A stretch of DNA of 63,112 bases, filler included, from Nemertoderma westbladi (Eukaryota > Animalia > Xenacoelomorpha), in assembly GCA_032718475.1 (NCBI GenBank). It is 3 parts of 3 records of this genome, joined end to end, with 100 filler letters (N's around TTAATTAATTAA, not from the genome) between each part and the next. Parts side by side here need not be neighbours in the genome. Positions count along the whole stretch, not along the records: positions 56,209 to 63,112 come from JAUCBJ010002978.1; 2 more parts are not named here. One strand, given 5' to 3'. Position 1 is the stretch's first letter; every line of letters begins with the position of its first letter. Positions 56,220 through 63,112 of this stretch are shown here, piece by piece. The notes below the pieces were generated by a model, which worked only from the letters and a program-made list of their open reading frames with translations, was not told the origin of the DNA and ran no database searches. Both the position numbers and the translations under genes were made by a program.

Positions 56220-58143
56220 TCAGAAGCAGTATTTACTTAAAGTCAATGACTGAAATAATATACCGATACTTGCCTAACCCTAGATGCAGCCTTAACTGCA
56301 TTCTTGGCCGATGTAATCTGTTTGAGTCGGGACTCTTTCTGCGCCTTCTAGAGGTCATTGCAGCACTTCTGAATTTTGTGGTCAGTCCAGGGGGCCCTTT
56401 TCCTGTTTCGAGGGTATACAGGAACTGTTTCTGCAGCTGCTAACTTAACTGCTTCTGTGAAGGCAGTATAGCCCTCGCCGTGATCTGCTGCCTCAGAGGC
56501 AATAACCTCATACCTGTTGCTCAGCTGTAGTGTGAAGCTGGATCTCACACTTGGCTGTTGCAACAGAGAGGACCAGTCATGCCGCGGCAAGGCAGATTTC
56601 GTTGTTCTGCTAGCATGCAGACAAAGTCTTACCTTGGCCACAATAAGGCAGTGATCACTGGAGAAGGGTCGAAGTGTAAATGCATTACAGTCTTGTATAG
56701 AGCTCCTGTATTTCCTACGAAACAGAATATGGTCTATCTGGGACTTGTGACCACTGGGTCCACTATGAGTCCATAGATTTCCAGTTTGCTTCTTGAACTG
56801 GGTTCCAGCCGAAAACAATCCATTTCCAGAGATAAAATCCTGAAGATGGACGGAAATTCGGTTAACACTAATGCTATAGACCCAGCAGGGCGATGTAGGT
56901 GATTGATGCAGACTTGCATTAAAGTCTCCCAGGAATGTTAAGAATGCATGCTGATCCACTCCATCAGTAGCTGCTTGTAGATTGTGGTAAAATTTTTCCA
57001 CCTCCTCTACAGGGGCAACACTAGGTGGAGAGTAGCATACAATCAGAACCACCTTAGGAAACTTCTTAGCCAGTCTTCCAGAACATGAGAAGTGGCAACG
57101 GATGATGCGGTTAGAGATTTGGTCTATTTTGTCCAATGCTGCATGTGCAGTTGGATTCATCAATAGACCAATTTCACCATTGCCACTATCATCTGCTGAC
57201 GCGAGGGCGAGTCGCCAACCGCCCCCCATGTCCTTAATCAGAACCTCATCAGTCTGTCCAGTCTGCATTCGGTGCTCTTGAACGCCCACTGCGCTAAGAG
57301 AAAGCTTATCTACCAAGGCAGTCAGCTCACCTTGTCGCATTGGGGACCCGAGTGTTAGGGTGTTTACTGAGGCTAGTCTAGTGACTTGCCTCAGATTCAC
57401 CAATGGCTTTGTTGGTCGGGGTGGAACATGAGAGTAGCCTCCAACTCCAGAATCCCTCGCCCCCTCACAATCTGGTCTCCCTGGTGACCCAGGGTTTGGG
57501 CCAGAAAGGTCATCAGGAAAGGGACTCAAAGAATTGTTGGCTGCTCTCTCTTCAGTAGGGGGTGATACAGGCAGCCGGTCAGGAGATAACTGACGCCTGT
57601 GAGGCCGATTGTGTACGGTAATTCCACTGGCCTCTAGTGGCTGGAGCTCCGCATTACTAATGTAATCCATAGTGGGGGTTGGGGGGTGCTTTTTTGCCGA
57701 GTCAGCTCTCGGGGCAAATACCACACCCTGGTTTGCCATTCCACAGGGTGGGAGGCGCAGTGGACTCAGATATGAGGCCCATCACCCATATCTACTCTGG
57801 CGCACATGACCCACCATTGGCTGTGCAGCTCATCTGCTCGGTCATGCCATGTACCCCTGCTGCCAGGTGCAGGTCGCAGTGAAGTGCACTCAGAGTGGAC
57901 ATGAGAACACTCTATTCATGACCAGCCATTGGTAGATCACCATCTGCCTGGCCAGGCCATATACCCCTGCAGCCAAGTATATGGGTCCTTAATCCATGAC
58001 CAAGGGTGTTCTTATCCAGAACAAAGGGGTTCCTACCAGATTTGCCCTAGTAAGAGGGTCTATGCAGCTACAGGTGGCACCTCCTTTATGCTGCATGGAG
58101 GTGGCAAGTTTTCTTGATCAATGACCTAGAATACCTGACCTGA
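56220..58143 (-). mobile_element. 5' half of RTE-type LINE: 5' UTR and APE endonuclease ORF 56348-57739 (premature stop)
   Basis: LASVNTLTL, GVQEHR, CYSPP, LGDFNA, QIDHIL, FSSDH, LQLSNRYEV. Confidence 0.88.
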
Positions 58144-58806
58144 GTTCAAGGGAATAGTGTAATATTTACGTGTAAACTGTTCCTTTATGTTGTGTTGTCG
58201 GTGGGCAAGTGTACGTGTGACTTATTTATATTACAAGTATGACGTTATGTAGGACGCTGGTAAGCGCACAGTTCACTCATACTGAACACATTATAGTATT
58301 AATAGATTATTGTTACAAGTTGGGAAAGAATATTGCAGTATTGCGGACGCACACACTCGCACTAAATGAACCGAATCTATTACAGACAGGTTACAGTCAG
58401 CACTCACCGGGTGGAAGGCAAAATGGTGTAATCCTTGGTCTTGTATATTCATGAACAATATAATGCAATAATAATAACTATAATATGATGATAATATATA
58501 TTGATGGCAAATTACAATATGTCCAGCAAGATTTAATATGCACAGCAAGGATGTATTCAGTAAGGTAAAATTTATAGATTCCTGCTGGCTACATGAACTG
58601 GTAACAGGCCTCAGATGATATGGTTAAGCCTAGGTAATAGCAGAAGAAACATTGATTATTATACACATTACACATACAGTGAGGATGGAAACAGCCAATA
58701 AGGCGCAAGAACACCGTAAAGTATGGCAACCAATAGGAGTTTTAGAACTATAGCAACTGATAAACAAGGTCAACGGTGGCATATGGCACGGATTGGACAC
58801 AAATTA

Positions 58807-59058
58807 TTATGTGCACAAAGTTGAATAGTTCTCTGATAAAATATGATTTCGATATGCAGTTGTGTGCATCAAAAAAAGTCTCGTGTATCCGACTTCTAAA
58901 AAAGTTTCCAGTGCAACTTCTAGCGAGTGTCGTCTAGCGATATTATTGTAGCCTACACGAAATTTATTATATATGTCTAAACTGTAGTTCCGCCGCGACC
59001 ACAATGCATTACAGTAAAATTGTATACAAAAACATTGCAATAATTTAATCTTAACACT
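58807..59058 (-). pseudogene. Small LINE RT C-terminal remnant
   Basis: VKIKLLQCFCIQFYCNALW...FRVGYNN resembles the C-terminus of the 44735-46753 ORF. Confidence 0.5.
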
Positions 59059-59066
59059 GGTTGAAC

Positions 59067-59138
59067 CAGGGGCGCAGCCACGTTCCCGAAAGTGGGAGGG
59101 ACGTGTCCCCCCCGTCTCCCCCTGTGGCTGCGCCACTG
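59067..59138. mobile_element. 72-bp hAT-like mini-MITE
   Basis: TIRs CAGGGGCGCAGCCA / TGGCTGCGCCACTG; 8-bp TSD GGTTGAAC / GGTTTAAC. Confidence 0.8.
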
Positions 59139-59428
59139 GGTTTAACATTTATTAAATTTCATAATTAGTAAATTTTACCACGTTTACCACGTCATCAGTT
59201 GAGTTGCGAATAATATGTCCCATCATATGCACCATAAATATAAAATCTGGATATTTAATAACGTTTTATACATTTTATGTGTGGCTGGTTGCGAGAAAAG
59301 GGACTTACTTGAGGAAAAAAGTTCATTCTGAGAAAAACGCGTTTAAAGTTTGGCTCTTAAAATCGACTGCTTTCATTGGTTTATTGGTCGTTATTGGGTT
59401 TTATTAGATCGAAATTCAAACTGTATTA

Positions 59429-60341
59429 CACCATGTCCCGTAATATAGTGTAATTTTCTGATGACACGGCCCCCCCCAAATTTTTCTTCAAATCTTTATC
59501 ATTTTGCTTAAAAATGGAAACACAACTAGTTCAACTCACCGTGGTTGTTACCATGAAGCCGGAATTTTAGATTTTGCCTTTAAATTCGTTTTAGAAGCGT
59601 TTTAAAAAAGTGTCTTTTGCGAAATCGCGCCCTCCGTATCGCGGACATTCTTCACATTAGTCGTAATTTTTTAATATCATTAGAAAGTTTGCCTTGCAAG
59701 GATTCGAAATATGTAACAATATCTGAATTTCGTTGAGAAACAGCTGAGATATAGGCGTTCAAAGATTGCAGGAAGTATTGTTCTCTGCAGGCCATTTATT
59801 CTATTCAATAAAATACACAATATTCTGGAACAATTTGTTTATGTATGATTAGCTACGCAATATAGATATTGTATTGTATAGGCATACGACTGTTGCCAAC
59901 CAACTCATAAAATAAATAACACGTTCTAGAATTTTGTGTAATTATTAAATAGAATAAATGGCCTGCAGCGAACGATAATTCTAGCAATCTTTGAACACCT
60001 ATTTCTCAGCTGTTTCTCAACGAAATTCAGATATTGTTACATATTTGGAATCCTTGCAAGGCAAGCTTTTTAATGATATGAAACAAGTACGACTAATGTG
60101 AAGAATGTCCGCGATACAGAGGGTGCGATTTCGCATAAGACACTTTTTTAAAACGCTTATGAAAATAATTTAAAGGCAAAATTCGAAAATTCCGGCTTCG
60201 GGTCATCGACGGTGAGTGGAACTAGTTGTGTTTCAAATTTCAAGCAATATGATAAAGATATATAGAAAAATTAGGGGGGGGGGGGGGGGGGGAGGGGGGT
60301 CCGTGTCATCAGAAAATGAAACTATATATCGGGACATGGTA
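59429..60341. mobile_element. Foldback MITE with ~430-bp inverted arms, TA-flanked
   Basis: ACCATGTCCCG...CGGGACATGGT ends; arms pair inward to ~59860-59910. Confidence 0.85.
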
Positions 60342-60499
60342 TATACTAGTAATAGAACTAAGTACCGTATACAACTGTTTTTTTAGATTATTGTAGAATA
60401 TCTGTAAGGCTATTCGGTTAGTTATTGTGCAAAAAAGTTACTATACTGAAAATTTAGAATTTATTATGGAAACTGAAGCAGAGTGAGCGACCTATTAAA

Positions 60500-61045
60500 T
60501 AATAGGGTTTTCGAGGTCGCTGATCACGATAAAACTTGTTAAAAATATTTTCTGGAAAGCTAAAGTACCATCATTTTCTGTGCTACTTTGGTCCCCCAGG
60601 ATGAAAAGTACAAGTAAAAAAATGTCAAACTAAAAAAAAATTACGTTTGTTTTGATAATTCTGAACGTATACTTAGTTTTCGTGGTCGTTAATCACGATA
60701 AAACTAGTTATAAATATTTATGGTAATGCAAACCCAATTTTGGAGCCATTCTGGTGCCCCAGAACGAAAATTATGTACAAGTAGCACAAAATTATAAACA
60801 TATTTGTAATTGTAAACGTAAACGTAATAATTGTAATTCTGAAGCTAAACTGGTTTTCAAGGTCGCTGATCACGATACAACTCGTTAAAAATCATTCGTG
60901 GTAACGCAACTGTCTTTTTTGGTGCTTGTGTTGTGGGACGAAAAATGCAAGTAGCACAAAATTTAAATGGCCAAAATCTAATTTGGTTGGATAATACGAT
61001 ATTTTTGAGTGTCATATTTGTGATCAGCGTCTCTTAAAACCCATG
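60500..61045. repeat. Spaced GTTTTCRWGGTCGYTRATCACGATA repeats (period ~170 bp) with one inverted copy; probable MITE interior
   Basis: Copies near 60507, 60676, 60853; inverted copy near 61020. Confidence 0.6.
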
Positions 61046-61439
61046 TCTTGAAATCAGGTTGATTTGGTGAAAATTTTTGATTATAACTACACTACACTAC
61101 GGACTATACTACAGTATCGTAGCACTACCGCTTGACTTGTTTATAATATTATATATATATACCGGTACACATATTAATAAACTCTTTATATCGGAAATCG
61201 GAGTTGATCGGTGCTTCATAAAACTATTGACACTCATGGAAGCATCAAGACGACCATCTAGGAGTATTACAAACACTCCACCACGTTCGACTTCCACCCG
61301 TCATCACCCTGCGGCTAACAACAAAAAAAAACAAACGAAAGAGCATCGAGTGGAAACATACAAGCATCGAATGTAGCCTATGTACTTCTACCTGGACGGA
61401 GATACATGTTCCCTTGACTGACTATACTCTGGAGATAAT

Positions 61440-63112
61440 GTGACTGGGAGTGGTATCATTGCTAAGGAGTCAAATAAATACAAAACCAAAATAATTTACA
61501 CTAATGCGGACAATCTTTTAAATAAGATGACTGAACTCAAAGCTTTAGCTGCAACAATTTCGCCAGACTTAATTGCTATTACAGAAACACTACCAAAAAA
61601 CTATAAGTCAGCCATTGATGACAGTTGTTACTCCATACAAGGGTATAATGTGTTTTCCAATTTACTGCAACCCTCATGTGAACGTGGAGTGTTGGTCTAC
61701 TACAATGAGAACATGAGCTGCAGTGAGTACGAGACCAAGGAGCTTTCCACTAAATCCGATGATGGTGTTGAATCAGTCTGGATCTCCATATCATCTGGGA
61801 GTTCTAGAGCCACGATTCTTGGATGTATTTATCGCAGCGGTAACCCAAAGTACTTCAACAATTGTCTACAGGTGGCAGACCTAATTGGTCATATCTGTAC
61901 ATCCAATAGACACAGCGATATAATCATGGTTGGCGACTTTAACATGCCTAATTCGGACTGGGAAACTCTATCATCGTGTGATACTGGAGAAAATATTTTG
62001 TTGTCAAGCATCCAGGACAACTATCTCTTACAACATGTGGATCGGCCCACACGGTTCCGACATGGTCAAACTCCGAATCTACTGGACTTAGTACTATCAA
62101 ACAATGAATATTCCCTCGAGCCACTTGTTCATCACCCTCCCCTAGATGCGAGTGACCACAGTGTAATTGAGTTCGATGTGACAATTGCAAGTTCTGGAAT
62201 AGTTCATACCAACACTAGACAATGTTATAACTTCGCGAAAGCAGACTTCACTCGCATCCGGTTGGACTTAACATTGACAAATTGGTCTAGACATCTCACA
62301 GATATGGATGTCCAATCATTGTGGTCCATGATCCACAGCAGGATATCAACATCATGTGAGAAATACATTCCAAAAGTTAAGCTTCGGAAAAGTGGGAATA
62401 ATCCGCCTCAGTGGATGACAAGAGAAATTGGATCACTAATAAGAAATAAAAGGAATCTGTGGGGCTCTCACAGACATTATCAGAGTGATACATCTTACTC
62501 AAGATACAAGCAGCAACGCAGCAGGAACGAATGCACAATTCGAATCAGGGACGCACAACATAACTATGAAAAGGAGATTGCGAGGAAAGCATCCGTAAAC
62601 TCTAAAGAATTCTGGAAGTTCATACAATCTAAACGTAAAACAAAGGCTGGTGTCTACGACCTAAAGGACACTAATGGAAAACTGGTGACTACTAGTGAAG
62701 ATAAAGCTACTGTTCTCAACATACATTACAGCTGAATTGAAACAGTTGAGGATACCAGTATAATACCATCTGTTTTGCATCCATATATTTATAAACACCA
62801 GTTAACGACAGTTGAGTTCACACCATCTATAGTGTCTGAAGCGATCATGAAATCGAAACAATCTGGTGCTCCAGGCCCTGGTGGAATATACCCAATAATG
62901 CTCAAAGAGCTTTCCGCTGAACTTGCTGGGCGCTTTCAAATCTGTACCACAAATCCATGACCACCGAAACTATTCCTAATGAATGGAAATTAGCCAATAT
63001 CACCCCAATTTTTAAGAATGGCTTTAAGTATGACCCAGTCAACTACAGAAAGGTGAGTCTGACGTCTGTAGTCGCAAAACTCATGGAGCGCATTGTAGCA
63101 GATGTAATGTGG
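61440..63112 (+). mobile_element. CR1-type LINE ORF2 (APE endonuclease into RT), stop at 62735 and frameshift near 62930, runs off window
   Basis: YTNADNL.NK, IAITET, GCIYRS, MVGDFNMP, LQHVDRPTR, LDLVL, SDH, NSKEFWKF, APGPGGIYP, WKLANITPIFK. Confidence 0.92.

Noticed and set aside
57740-58143. HDV-like ribozyme in the RTE 5' UTR
   Set aside because: Known for some RTEs and hairpins are present, but I could not assemble the nested double pseudoknot by eye.

Overview
Eukaryotic, probably invertebrate, genomic DNA made almost entirely of nested mobile elements, with two 100-nt assembly gaps. From left to right: (1) a young Penelope-like retroelement (RT + GIY-YIG, near-identical pseudo-LTRs with minimal hammerhead motifs) whose upstream repeat carries a THAP/P-element insertion and which itself interrupts a BEL/Pao gag-protease ORF; (2) a 1417-aa ORF with a WRN/EXD-type DEDDy exonuclease and Zn knuckles just before a PPT and long LTR, with a decayed relative joined to BEL pol at 48-52 kb; (3) a decayed ~14 kb Polinton/Maverick (pPolB, protease, major capsid, two pentons, integrase, ATPase, right terminus) carrying an intact TATA-binding-protein-like ORF that overlaps the pPolB stop; (4) CRE, RTE (one copy 5'-inverted), Proto2-like and CR1 LINE pieces, piggyBac-, Kolobok-, hAT- and TA-type MITEs and satellites; (5) one likely host gene, a very divergent cytochrome P450 with an intronless CDS, downstream of an LTR and capped by a MITE. 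The best candidates for undescribed biology are the Polinton TBP, the BEL/Pao accessory exonuclease and the atypical P450. All family calls come from motif recognition by eye; no searches were run.
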